DNA from: Dehalococcoidia bacterium
GTDB taxonomy: Bacteria; Chloroflexota; Dehalococcoidia; Lucifugimonadales; UBA3495
Direction: 5' to 3'
DNA: 64,000 bases
NCBI GenBank assembly: GCA_965221385.1
Contig: OZ244885.1
Span: forward strand, 2,709,314 to 2,773,313
Position 1 is the first letter of the stretch. Every line of letters starts with the position of its first letter. Below the pieces are notes generated by a model, which ran no database searches, had not been told where the DNA came from, and was given only the letters and a program-made list of their open reading frames with translations. Below, one piece after another: positions 47,408 through 56,858 of the stretch. Made by a program: the position numbers and the translations under genes.

Positions 47408-48214
47408 TTGGCTACATTGAGAGATCGAATCGGCTACGATGCGGGGGCCACCCGCCTGGAAGACGCGTTGGCGACGGCGGCGGAGCATGGCTTCCACTAC
47501 CTGGATTTCAACGCCGACGAAGGGCCTAATCGCCTGGACAATTGGGACGATGCCAGGGTGAGGGCGGTGGTTGACTCCGCGGGCCGGGCCAGCGTCACCC
47601 TCACGCTGCATACGGCCTCTTCGGTCAACATTGCCGAGTTTTCGCCCCAAGTGGATGAGGCCGTTGACCGTTACCTGGAGGCCAATATCGACCTGGCCCG
47701 TCGCATGGGCTGCCATGGGGTGGTAACCCACGGCGGGTATCACTTCAGCAGTTCTGAGGAGCTGCGGTTTCAGGCCTCCCTGGAGCGACTCAAGCGGGCA
47801 ACGGCATACGCCGAGCGTCAGGGCGTCACCCTCTTCCTGGAAAACCTGAACTTCGAGCCCGACGACGCCGAGATTCACTACATGGCCCACACCGTCGAAG
47901 AGTGTCGTTTCTACTTCGACGCCATTTCCTCAGAGCGATTTGGTTGGGCCTTTACCGTAAACCACGCCAACCTGGTTCCGGAGGGGGTGCACGGTTTTCT
48001 CGACGCCTTCGGCATTGACCAGATCGGCGAGGTTCGGCTTGCCGATAACCTGGGGGACAAAGAAGTGCATCTCAACCCGGGAGAGGGCAATATCGACTTT
48101 CCGTCCGTGTTCGGTCGGCTGGTATCTTCGGGTTATGAGGGCTTCTACACCATGGCCTTCGGCAGCCTGCAGGACAAGGTGGCGGCCCGGGAATACTTCC
48201 TCACCTGCGTTTAG
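47408..48214 (+). CDS. Sugar phosphate isomerase/epimerase (xylose-isomerase-like TIM barrel)
   Basis: TTG start. LFLENLNFEP, VNHANL and EVRLADN...HLNPGEGNIDF motifs. Confidence 0.72.
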   Translation: MATLRDRIGYDAGATRLEDALATAAEHGFHYLDFNADEGPNRLDNWDDARVRAVVDSAGRASVTLTLHTASSVNIAEFSPQVDEAVDRYLEANIDLARRMGCHGVVTHGGYHFSSSEELRFQASLERLKRATAYAERQGVTLFLENLNFEPDDAEIHYMAHTVEECRFYFDAISSERFGWAFTVNHANLVPEGVHGFLDAFGIDQIGEVRLADNLGDKEVHLNPGEGNIDFPSVFGRLVSSGYEGFYTMAFGSLQDKVAAREYFLTCV

Positions 48215-48280
48215 TAGTCTGTGGATTGAGAATTGTCGAGGGGCATAAAGGGAGCAACGAGGGGGAAGGAGGCGTTACCC

Positions 48281-48308
48281 GTAGGGGCGCACGGCTGTGC
48301 GCCCCTAC
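48281..48308. repeat. REP-like 28-bp perfect palindrome, copy 3 (inverted loop GGCT)
   Basis: Same arms, with the loop reversed, so the element is in the opposite orientation. Lies between convergent 3' ends. Confidence 0.9.
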
Positions 48309-48387
48309 CCAACCAGGCAACAATTCATACTATCCATTCCCCTAATTCCCGGCTTGTCAGACCACTTGGGGCAGCGCAGGCCTCGGA

Positions 48388-48903
48388 TCAGCTGCCCTGT
48401 TCTTCCGTCCAATTTATGACGTACAGGCACTGGCCGGCGGTCTCCGGCGAACGAATCCACGCTGACTTGGGGCAATCCTCCCACAGCTTCGATAATCGTT
48501 CCAGGGCATTCGGTCCCGACCTTTCGTGCCTGGCCAACCAACAGCCAACAATGGTTCCGGTGCGGCCAATGCCCCCGTGGCAATGCAGGTAAACCAGCCG
48601 GCCTTCGCCGATGTGACCGTCAATGGCGTCGAGAATTGATGTGGTAAACCCCGGCGAGGCCGGGGTGCCTGCATCCCGAATCGGGAAACGTTCGTGGGTA
48701 TGGCTCTCCGGGTCCAGCCATTGGGTGTAGGGAGCTAGCTCCCCCTCCTCGGTCAGGTCCACAAAGGCATTTACGCCAAAGTCGGTCAGGGCGGCGACCT
48801 TATCGGAGGAGGTCAGGTCGCCGTGGTTGCGGGGATATTCCCCTGCCAGGAAAAGTCCGGGAACAACCCAGTAGCAGTTATCTATGGGCTTCTGATTCGG
48901 CAT
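48388..48903 (-). CDS. Dual-specificity/tyrosine protein phosphatase
   Basis: VYLHCHGGIGRTGT matches the CX5R(S/T) P-loop. Confidence 0.85.
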   Translation of the reverse strand: MPNQKPIDNCYWVVPGLFLAGEYPRNHGDLTSSDKVAALTDFGVNAFVDLTEEGELAPYTQWLDPESHTHERFPIRDAGTPASPGFTTSILDAIDGHIGEGRLVYLHCHGGIGRTGTIVGCWLARHERSGPNALERLSKLWEDCPKSAWIRSPETAGQCLYVINWTEEQGS

Positions 48904-48909
48904 CTTCTG

Positions 48910-50913
48910 CTATTCCTCAGCCAAGTTTACCGGAACAATATACACTCCCTTGGCCCGGGGCATCAGGGAGCTTTCGTAGTTGTAGTGGGTCTCCACCAGC
49001 ATCCGGTATTCGGCGCCGGAGAGCCTTTGCCAACCGAAGGGTACGGGGTTCCAGCCCACCATCTGCAGCAGCCTCTCGGACCTCTCCACGGAAGAATTCA
49101 GCCCGTCCTCCCGGATGCGGATAACATTGGCAGTCATCGCAAAGTCGTCGGCCACCTCCTTGCCGGTCATGAACAGGTGGAGCGTTGGCGAATCCCGTTC
49201 AGGGCCATCCAGGGGCAGCCAACTCAGGGTGTGGTCCCAGGAGACAATGCGGGCAAAGTTGGCTGGGTCGGCATGGAAGTCCGGTGACGACAGGTCCACC
49301 GCCCAGATGCCGCCGCCCTCGTCCCTGAAACCGTACAGGGTATTGAACAGGAATTCACCCCTGGAACTGATCCGAGGGGAGGCGCCGTACAGGCCGGCTT
49401 CAGGCGCCCTGGGAAACCGGTCGATGGGATACCGAACCTTGACGAACTCCCCGGGGTTATCCAGATCAACCAGGTAAACTGCCTGCCACCGGGGGTCTGC
49501 CGGCAGGTCTCCCTGGGCGGGGTTCCAACCTTCGGCGCTGAGCAGCCATAAACGGTGGTTGTAGGGGAGAGGCAGGGCCATGAGCATGATTCCTGGAGCA
49601 ACGTACAGTTCGGTGGCGGCGCCGAATTCGTCCACCTCCATCAGCCGGTAACGCTGGGTTTTGTCCGGTTCCAGGGAGCGGCGGACGGTGAGATAGCTGC
49701 TGGGGGAACCATCTGCAACGGCAGGGTAGGGGCGAAGGCCGCCAGCCGTGTCGCAGTCTCCCAGCCAGGTAACGCCTTCACTCCGGAGCACGTCGGCAAT
49801 CCACGAGCTGTTATAACCGTAGTACCGCACACCCTCGCCGGCTCCATCCCCCATGAGGGACTCGATTCGCGAACTGAAGGACACGCCCTCGTCGAGAGTG
49901 TCGGTGACGTGGGAAGGGGTGTACCGGAAGCCAACCGATTGCAGTACGTTCCTGTAGTCGTTTGCGGCAAGGCTCTGACGATAGACTTCACACTGCTGCC
50001 GGGCCAGGGCCGCCGGAGGGTAGCGCTGGTCCTCGAAGGGAAGGGAAAGCATCTCAAATTCGAACTGGCGCGCCAGCAGGGAGGACCCGCCGCTGAATGC
50101 CAGGGGAGTCAAATGCAGGTGTGTGGGGGATGCAATCCGGTCGTCGGCGCTCTGCCAGATGGGCGGTATTTCAAAGGGGATTACCAGTAGCGTCCCGTCC
50201 AGGAACACCTCGGCAACCACGCCGGAGGAATACTGCCGCCGCTGAAACTCAAACTCCACCGTCGCAAACAGGTCTCCGGCGGTCTGTGAATCAAGTCTGT
50301 CGCGGACTCCTTGACCTAGAGGAATGCCCATTTCCGCCAGCCGATACACCTTGTGGATGGGGTGCTCGCCCACCAGTTCCGATTCCAACGCCAGCAGGTC
50401 CAGGTAGAGGAACCCGTTCTCGCCGGCCAGCCTGACCCGCAGCCGCTCGCCATGCTCCACTATCAGGTCCGGTTCGGCGGAGACGGGCGTCAACTCTCCT
50501 TCCGGCGTCAAGGCGTAGAAGTGGGGTTTGACCAGCTCGGAAAAGGGCTTGTCCGTCCTGTATCGTTCCCGCCGTTCCACCATCTCCTGGGGCATTGAGC
50601 CACCTGTTCCTTCCAATATGCCCTCCGTTGTTGGCGCGGGTGGCATGGTCGGTTCCGTGGTAGCGGGGGCCGACGATGCCCGGCTTAATTGAGAACCACC
50701 CCCGGCTCCGTTGGATTCCGACCCCACAGAAGGGCTCTTGGTTTCGGCAAGGCGGTTAGCTTCACTGCCCTGAGGGAGAAGGGCGGTGGGAGGAGCGGGG
50801 GAATCGGCCGGGGACGAACGGGCCGAGTCGGTACAGGAGACCGCCATGGCAATGACCAGGAGCGCAACAGTCCACAGGCCATACTTCCATCGGCAGCCCA
50901 CCAGTCCAGCCAT
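48910..50913 (-). CDS. Hypothetical secreted protein / possible lipoprotein (667 aa)
   Basis: N-terminal WTVALLVIAMAVSC is a lipobox-like signal. It is followed by a Ser/Pro/Ala-rich linker and about 550 aa with no motif recognised by eye. Confidence 0.6.
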   Translation of the reverse strand: MAGLVGCRWKYGLWTVALLVIAMAVSCTDSARSSPADSPAPPTALLPQGSEANRLAETKSPSVGSESNGAGGGSQLSRASSAPATTEPTMPPAPTTEGILEGTGGSMPQEMVERRERYRTDKPFSELVKPHFYALTPEGELTPVSAEPDLIVEHGERLRVRLAGENGFLYLDLLALESELVGEHPIHKVYRLAEMGIPLGQGVRDRLDSQTAGDLFATVEFEFQRRQYSSGVVAEVFLDGTLLVIPFEIPPIWQSADDRIASPTHLHLTPLAFSGGSSLLARQFEFEMLSLPFEDQRYPPAALARQQCEVYRQSLAANDYRNVLQSVGFRYTPSHVTDTLDEGVSFSSRIESLMGDGAGEGVRYYGYNSSWIADVLRSEGVTWLGDCDTAGGLRPYPAVADGSPSSYLTVRRSLEPDKTQRYRLMEVDEFGAATELYVAPGIMLMALPLPYNHRLWLLSAEGWNPAQGDLPADPRWQAVYLVDLDNPGEFVKVRYPIDRFPRAPEAGLYGASPRISSRGEFLFNTLYGFRDEGGGIWAVDLSSPDFHADPANFARIVSWDHTLSWLPLDGPERDSPTLHLFMTGKEVADDFAMTANVIRIREDGLNSSVERSERLLQMVGWNPVPFGWQRLSGAEYRMLVETHYNYESSLMPRAKGVYIVPVNLAEE

Positions 50914-51839
50914 CAGCTGCCCGATGCAAAGGGTTTCAGCGCCGCATAGATTACATCGTTGATTGGCGTGGGGATGCCAGCCAATCTGCCGGCCCGGATA
51001 ACGGCGCCGTTGAGCGCTTCCAATTCCAGCGGCCGCCCGGCCATGATGTCGGCGTGCATGGAGGCGTGCATATCCTCCAGCTCGCCCTCTATGTAGGCCA
51101 AAGTATTTTCGACAACTCCCTCGGCCAGGGAGACGCCGCTGGCCTGGGCCACCGCTTCGATCTCACGCATGCAGTTGACAATGACGTGCCGCCACTCTGG
51201 GCGGGGAAATATCTGGGCCATGGATTCCCGCGAAAGACTGGTCACCCCGGCCATGGTTGCAATGAACAGGAACTTGGTCCACAGAACCTGTTGAATGCTG
51301 CGGCTGAACTCCGAATTGATTCCCGCCGCTCGCCAGGTTTCGTCAATGCGGCGACCGCGCTGGCTGTCGCTGCCATCAACCTCGCCGAATACCACCCTTA
51401 CCACGCTGCCGCTCTGGCGAACCACGCCGGGAGCAAGACGGTCGGCCTCGATGTAGGCGGCGCCGGGAATAATCCGTCCATTTCCGAGAACCTCCTCGGC
51501 GGCGCGGTAGCTGTCCACACCGTTCTGAAGGCACAGAACCGTCGTGCTGGGTCCCACCAGGGGCTGCATTGCTGGAAGGGCAAGGTCATTCTGGTACGTC
51601 TTCACCGTCAGCAGGGCCAATTCCACCGGGCCAACCTCCGCCGGGTCGTCGGTGGCATTGAGAGCATCCCCGCAGGGAACGGTGAGGGTTTCCGAGTCCG
51701 CCTGTATCTGCAGGCCCTGTTCCCGTATGGCTGTCAGGTGGTCGCCGCGGGCAATGAGGGTTACCCGATTGCCGGCGAGGGCCAGCACCCCACCGAAGTA
51801 ACTGCCGATGCTTCCGGCGCCCATAACGGCAATTTCCAT
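50913..51839 (-). CDS. panE: 2-dehydropantoate 2-reductase family (ketopantoate reductase-like)
   Basis: MEIAVMGAGSIGSYFGG Rossmann start and ApbA/PanE-like length. The stop codon overlaps the next start codon by 1 nt (TGATG). Confidence 0.75.
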   Translation of the reverse strand: MEIAVMGAGSIGSYFGGVLALAGNRVTLIARGDHLTAIREQGLQIQADSETLTVPCGDALNATDDPAEVGPVELALLTVKTYQNDLALPAMQPLVGPSTTVLCLQNGVDSYRAAEEVLGNGRIIPGAAYIEADRLAPGVVRQSGSVVRVVFGEVDGSDSQRGRRIDETWRAAGINSEFSRSIQQVLWTKFLFIATMAGVTSLSRESMAQIFPRPEWRHVIVNCMREIEAVAQASGVSLAEGVVENTLAYIEGELEDMHASMHADIMAGRPLELEALNGAVIRAGRLAGIPTPINDVIYAALKPFASGS

Positions 51840-52060
51840 GATTGTCCCGTTGCTCCTTGCAATCGTGTGAAGGTTGAGGCAACGATAAACCCAATTGACG
51901 GGAAAGACAACCGGTCCGCCCGGTTAAGTCCGGTGTCAGCGAAACCAGGACAGCCCTCCACCCCGGTTGAGAATGTTGGCCGAAATGAAGTGAGACACCT
52001 TGGAGTATGGAGCGGCCGAGTTCTCCACGATCCTGAACCAACAGCTCAAGGCAGGTTTGC

Positions 52061-52089
52061 TTGACGCCCAATGGTTTTCTACTTATGCT
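52061..52089 (+). promoter_or_regulatory. Promoter candidate (TTGACG-N17-TATGCT)
   Basis: Lies 85 nt upstream of ATG 52174. Confidence 0.35.
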
Positions 52090-52173
52090 GGGTTTGCCCC
52101 AGGCGGGTTTCCTTTACACTGTAACTACGAAGAGATGTCCGGGCCGGCAATTGGCCCAAAGAAGGAAATATAG

Positions 52174-52605
52174 ATGACTCAGCAGAACCAGGCAGCCCCC
52201 CCGATTACACCCCCCGTGCCCCAGCCCGAGTCGGACTTCTACTGGGAGAAGTGCAAGGAGCGGGAGTTGTGGCTGCGTCACTGCATGGACTGTGGCAACA
52301 CCTACTTCTACCCCAGGGACATCTGTCCAAATTGCTTCTCCCGCAATACGGACTGGATCAAGAGCAGCGGGAGGGGCACGGTGCATACCTTTTGCATCGT
52401 TCACCGGGCGCCGACGCCAGCCTTCCGGGACATGGTTCCCTATGTGCCGGTCATTGTTGACCTGGAAGAGGGGGCGCGCATCATTTCCCACCTGATTGGC
52501 ATTGAACCCGACCCGGAAGTGATCAAGTGCGGCATGGCGGTGCAGGTTGACTTCGACGAACTGACCGACACCATCACCCTGCCCAAGTTCCGCCCGGCGT
52601 CCTGA
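52174..52605 (+). CDS. Zn-ribbon + OB-fold protein (DUF35 family)
   Basis: CMDCGNTYFYPRDICPNC rubredoxin-like ribbon followed by an OB-fold-length C-terminus. Confidence 0.75.
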   Translation: MTQQNQAAPPITPPVPQPESDFYWEKCKERELWLRHCMDCGNTYFYPRDICPNCFSRNTDWIKSSGRGTVHTFCIVHRAPTPAFRDMVPYVPVIVDLEEGARIISHLIGIEPDPEVIKCGMAVQVDFDELTDTITLPKFRPAS

Positions 52606-52615
52606 GGATTCGCGA

Positions 52616-53398
52616 GTGGATTTGACCGGCAAGGTTGCCATTGTCACCGGCGGCAGCCGGGGCATTGGACGTGCCGTCAGTCAGGGCATGGCTCAAGCCG
52701 GCGCCATGGTTGTGGTGGCTTCCCGCACCGAGGCCGAGACGCCCCCTGGCGCTGAATACCAGCGCTATGCCGCCGGAAACATCCACGATACCGTTCGGAG
52801 CATTCGCGAAGCGGGAGGCGAAGCCCTGGCAGTGCGGTGCGACGTATCCAACCCCCAGGACATTCAGGGACTGGTAGATGCCGCCCAGTCCCACTATGGC
52901 GGCATCGACATCCTGTTCTCCAACGCGGGCATAGATTGCGAATCCCCTGTCGTTGATCTGGACCCGGAACTGTTGGACCATACCCTGGCGGTGAACGTGC
53001 GAGCGCCCTTGCTGCTTTGCAAGTTTGCCCTACCTTCCATCATGGCCCGCGGGTCGGGTTCCATCATTGGCGTTACTTCCGGTTCGGCGCGGGCATACCG
53101 GGAAGGGCGGGTGGGATATTCCATGAGCAAGGCTGCCCTGGAGCGTATGCTCTTGAGCCTGGCGGAAGAAGTGCGACCCAACAACATCGCCGTTAATGTC
53201 TTCAGCCCCGGCCGGGTGGACACCTGGATGAACCGCAGGGGTGATTGGCCCGGCACTGCTCACATTCCTATGGTTCAGCCCGACGAGGTGACGGAGGCGG
53301 CGGTTTGGCTGGCAGGGCAGACTGCGCAAACCTTCACTGCCCAGGTGGTGGAAAGGGCCGACTTTCGCCTGACCTGGGGCGAAGGCGTGGCGCCCTGA
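52616..53398 (+). CDS. SDR-family oxidoreductase
   Basis: GTG start after GAGGA. VTGGSRGIG, NAG and YSMSKAA motifs. Confidence 0.85.
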   Translation: MDLTGKVAIVTGGSRGIGRAVSQGMAQAGAMVVVASRTEAETPPGAEYQRYAAGNIHDTVRSIREAGGEALAVRCDVSNPQDIQGLVDAAQSHYGGIDILFSNAGIDCESPVVDLDPELLDHTLAVNVRAPLLLCKFALPSIMARGSGSIIGVTSGSARAYREGRVGYSMSKAALERMLLSLAEEVRPNNIAVNVFSPGRVDTWMNRRGDWPGTAHIPMVQPDEVTEAAVWLAGQTAQTFTAQVVERADFRLTWGEGVAP

Positions 53399-53480
53399 CC
53401 GCATGCGGGTGGCGCCATTTTGCCTTTTGACCTTCGGGGCCAGGTGAACCCTTGTTCATCCGAAAAACTGGTTAGGAGGA

Positions 53481-53795
53481 ATGACCATGACTACGCCCAA
53501 TCCGGCCAACGAAGTTGCCCCCAAGATGGCGGAACTCAGCGCAAACGTGCTGTTCGGAGACGTTTGGGAACGGCCCGATCTCTCCAAGCGCGACCGCAGC
53601 ATGATAACCGTGGCCACCCTGGTCGCCCTGTACCGCACCGACCAGTTGCGGGGCCACATCAACCGCGCCCTGGACAATGGCGTGACGAAAGAGGAAATCG
53701 GCGAGATCATTACCCACATGGCCTTCTACGCCGGTTGGCCCACGGCGGCCAACGCCGTCCGCGTGGCCAAGGAAGTCTTCGATTCGCGGCAGTAA
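53481..53795 (+). CDS. Carboxymuconolactone decarboxylase family protein
   Basis: FGDVWERPDLSKRDRSMITVA...EIITHMAFYAGWP is typical of CMD/AhpD-like proteins. Confidence 0.8.
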   Translation: MTMTTPNPANEVAPKMAELSANVLFGDVWERPDLSKRDRSMITVATLVALYRTDQLRGHINRALDNGVTKEEIGEIITHMAFYAGWPTAANAVRVAKEVFDSRQ

Positions 53796-53887
53796 CCTGC
53801 CCGACCAGGCCGGAACCCAAAAACCTGGCGATTCGTCACTCAAAGCGCCAGGTTGTTCCGTGCTGGGCTTTTCCTTGATGGACGCAA

Positions 53888-54781
53888 TCAACCCATGCTC
53901 CGCGCCGCCTGGATGAATTCCTGGGCCGCTTCGTAATCGCGCTCGCCGCCCTGGCGAATGGGTGGCAGCAGGTAGATGTTTCGCATGGAGCTCTCTTGGA
54001 AGCTCTCGAAGAGTTCCAGCGCCAGGTTCACCCCACTTCTTCCTTTCTCCAGCTCCCGCCGTACCCGCTCCGGTACCTGACCGAAGGACACGCTCCCTCG
54101 CTCCAGCATTTGCAAACCCCAGTATATGGGAACCGGGCAATAGCCGCCCCACTCGGCGCGAAACTCCGCCTCGAAGTTGTCCCTTACCGCCGGGTCGAAT
54201 ATCGGCTGGGTAACCAGGAAACGGGCGCCGGCATGGATTTTGGCTGCCGTCAAAGCCGCTTGCCGGCCCACGGGTTGAGCCAAATCCAGGGTTGCCCCGA
54301 CACAGAATGAGGTGGGCGAATCCAGCCGTCGGCCGCGGAAATCCCGGCCTCGGTTGAGTTCCCCAATGTCGGCGATCAGTTCGGTGGGGCGGTAGCCGCT
54401 CCCAGCCGCTACTTTACCCCTGTCCGCTGCGGAGAAGGGGTCCCCCTGGGCCACAACCACGTTTTCCAAACCCAGCATCTGCGCCCCCAGCAGGTAGGAG
54501 TGGATGGCCAGGCGGTTCATGTCGCGGGTAAGCAGGGCGAAGACCACCTCCTTGCCCGTAGCTTGGCGCAAATGGGAGGCGAGCATGGCCGAATCTGCCC
54601 GCACCGCCCGGCCCGGATTGCGGTTGACCAACAGAAAATCGGCGTCGGGAATGCAGGTGGCAATGTGCGATGGGTCCCCGGAGCGGGGTGGCGAAAAGTC
54701 GCAAATGATGGTGGTATTGCCGGACACCTCAAATCCGGAGGCGGTCACACTGGTCATCGGAGCACCGTCAAGGCCCGGCAA
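53888..54781 (-). CDS. Methylenetetrahydrofolate reductase-like protein
   Basis: TIM-barrel MTHFR-like pattern (CDFSPPR, VVVAQGDP, FCVGA, LVTQPIFD). Start may be the internal ATG at 54757. Confidence 0.55.
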   Translation of the reverse strand: MPGLDGAPMTSVTASGFEVSGNTTIICDFSPPRSGDPSHIATCIPDADFLLVNRNPGRAVRADSAMLASHLRQATGKEVVFALLTRDMNRLAIHSYLLGAQMLGLENVVVAQGDPFSAADRGKVAAGSGYRPTELIADIGELNRGRDFRGRRLDSPTSFCVGATLDLAQPVGRQAALTAAKIHAGARFLVTQPIFDPAVRDNFEAEFRAEWGGYCPVPIYWGLQMLERGSVSFGQVPERVRRELEKGRSGVNLALELFESFQESSMRNIYLLPPIRQGGERDYEAAQEFIQAARSMG

Positions 54782-54829
54782 GGGGTGGGGGAAGGGGGTG
54801 AGTAGCCGATCCGGCAGGATATGGGAAAC

Positions 54830-55582
54830 CTACCTGGACTCCATTTGTTCCAGGTAATCCCGGAAGGTTCGGATGGACTTCTGCTCGGTCATGCCCAGGT
54901 AGAACCGGATGCCCTGGACATACTCCACCACGTCCCGGGGCAGCATTAGCAGGTTTTCCCGGGGCTCGGAGATGTGGTAGAGGTGGTCCACCCCGTCCTC
55001 CAGCCCAACGTACAGAGTATCTTCCAGCACCGCCAATCGCTGCGGGTCGATTCCCTGCCGGGCCATCCACCGCGCATAGACGAAGGGCAACCTGGTCCAG
55101 CCATACCACTCTTCGCCCAGGTCGTAGCGATGGTCGTAGCCCCGTGCGCCCCGGCGTTGGCGCAGTCCCCGGTCGCCCATTACCAGGAAAGCATCGTTAT
55201 CGTCCCGGGGGCCAACGTATTCACCAGCTTGAACGCCGTACTTGAGCTTCAGCAGCACTTCCATGAGCTTGGTGGAACTCCTCGATTCCTCCAGCAGGGC
55301 TATCCTGGCGCCGTCCAGTTCTTCCACGGGCGCTTTGGAATAGAGCAGCACGCTGCCCGAGCGGTCGGTGCTGGCAATGCAGAACCCCCCGACTGGCTGC
55401 AAAACATCCTCCTTGCCAAAGGTGTCCACCAGGGGTACCAGGGCCGCGTCAATGTTCCCCTGTTCAATATCGTGGACGGCTTGGTGGGGCATGGTATCCA
55501 CCAGTTGCATACCCCTCCGCTCCGTATCGAAATAGAAGGGTTCGCAGATCATGTATGGAATCCTGCCCACTTTAAGCGACAT
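54830..55582 (-). CDS. mqnA: Chorismate dehydratase MqnA-like (futalosine pathway, SBP-fold)
   Basis: KVGRIPYMICEPFYF...GNIDAALVPLVD...SGSVLLYS...SRSSTKLMEVLL pattern. Confidence 0.7.
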   Translation of the reverse strand: MSLKVGRIPYMICEPFYFDTERRGMQLVDTMPHQAVHDIEQGNIDAALVPLVDTFGKEDVLQPVGGFCIASTDRSGSVLLYSKAPVEELDGARIALLEESRSSTKLMEVLLKLKYGVQAGEYVGPRDDNDAFLVMGDRGLRQRRGARGYDHRYDLGEEWYGWTRLPFVYARWMARQGIDPQRLAVLEDTLYVGLEDGVDHLYHISEPRENLLMLPRDVVEYVQGIRFYLGMTEQKSIRTFRDYLEQMESR

Positions 55583-55858
55583 ACTTCTTGCTCACTTCCG
55601 TCTCTTGTCTTGCGCCAGTCGGTGTGCCCACCCGGATTGGCTTCACCAAATACCGATTTTAGGCGGGGGCCATTGTCCAGTCAAGGCGGGCCAATACCAT
55701 TTGATGGTTCGGCATGCCGCTTTAGGAAACTGGGGCGTTCGCCCGCTTCCCCTTCAACCAGACAGTTGTGAGGGAGCGGCCGTTTGAAAGAGTAACGGCA
55801 GGACGCTAAACTGGGAGGCAACGAGTCAAGACCTGTACACAGTTGAAGGAGGAAAGGC

Positions 55859-56416
55859 ATGGCCAGAATTCCGATGGTAACCAGGGAGAGCGTTGCTGAG
55901 GAACTGAGGGGTGTATTCGACGAACTTGACGCCGCTCCGGGTGGTATTGGCACGGGGCCGATGTCAATTCTGAAGCACAGCCCCGAAATGGCCCGCCGCG
56001 CCACTCCCTTCTGGGAGTACGTGCGCAACGAGTCCACGGTGCCCCACGCCATGCGGGAACTGGCCATGCTGGTCACGGCCCGAGCCAAGGATTGCGTGTA
56101 CATTTGGGATCGCCACGTGCCGATAGCCCGCCAGTCTGGCCTGAGTAACGAGTTGATCGACTCCCTGCGGGACAGGAAGCCCCTTCCGTCCCTCAGTCCG
56201 TCCGAAGCGGCGGTAATCAACTTGGCCAATGAGTTCTTCACTTCTAACCGGGTCAGCGAGGCCACCTTCAAGGCCGCCCACGACCAGTTCGGAACCCAGG
56301 CCCTGGTGGAACTGGTCACTCTCATGGGATACTACGCCATGCTGGCCTTCAACGCCAATACGGTGGACCTTCAGTTGACCCATGAGTCCGATGAACCGGT
56401 CCTGCCCGTCCAATAG
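55859..56416 (+). CDS. Carboxymuconolactone decarboxylase/AhpD-like family protein
   Basis: Length of 185 aa and RELAMLVTARAKDCVYIWDRH are typical of the CMD family. Confidence 0.68.
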   Translation: MARIPMVTRESVAEELRGVFDELDAAPGGIGTGPMSILKHSPEMARRATPFWEYVRNESTVPHAMRELAMLVTARAKDCVYIWDRHVPIARQSGLSNELIDSLRDRKPLPSLSPSEAAVINLANEFFTSNRVSEATFKAAHDQFGTQALVELVTLMGYYAMLAFNANTVDLQLTHESDEPVLPVQ

Positions 56417-56469
56417 GCAGTCAAGCCAGGACTAGGAGGGATGAATGGGGCAGATGGTTGCCTGTTAGG

Positions 56470-56497
56470 GTAGGGGCGCACAGCCGTGCGCCCCTAC
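56470..56497. repeat. REP-like 28-bp perfect palindrome, copy 4
   Basis: Identical to copies 1 and 2. Lies 54 nt after the CMD gene stop. Confidence 0.9.
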
Positions 56498-56660
56498 GAG
56501 CAACATCCACACTCCCTCATTTTCCACTCTATTCTTTCTGGCAAACCCGGGTTGAACAGGTACTAGAACAGGTTTCAGTCTAGAATGGGGGCGATGGGGG
56601 GTACCTAGCAATAGAGTGGGGCGCCGGGTTTACTTCCCAACGCAACCGTCGCGGCTGCAC

Positions 56661-56689
56661 TTGACAGGGGAAAGGGGGAGTCTTAACAT
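56661..56689 (+). promoter_or_regulatory. Promoter of the tRNA operon (TTGACA-N17-TAACAT)
   Basis: Same -35, spacer length and -10 as the SRP RNA promoter. About 90 nt upstream of tRNA-Ala. Confidence 0.55.
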
Positions 56690-56778
56690 TTGAAAAGGTG
56701 CCACTGCGGCCTCCCCTGACGTTTTTGCCACGGCAGATAGGGTTCCGGGGCGAATCCGCGGTTCGGGGGGAATAGTTC

Positions 56779-56854
56779 GGGGATATAGCTCAACTGGGAG
56801 AGCGCGGCGTTCGCAATGCCGAGGTTGGGGGTTCGAGCCCCCCTATCTCCACCA
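56779..56854 (+). tRNA. tRNA-Ala(CGC): tRNA-Ala (anticodon CGC)
   Basis: Cloverleaf folded by hand. G3:U70 Ala identity pair, anticodon loop UUCGCAA, T-loop GGTTCGAGC, encoded CCA. Confidence 0.9.
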
Positions 56855-56858
56855 ACCT

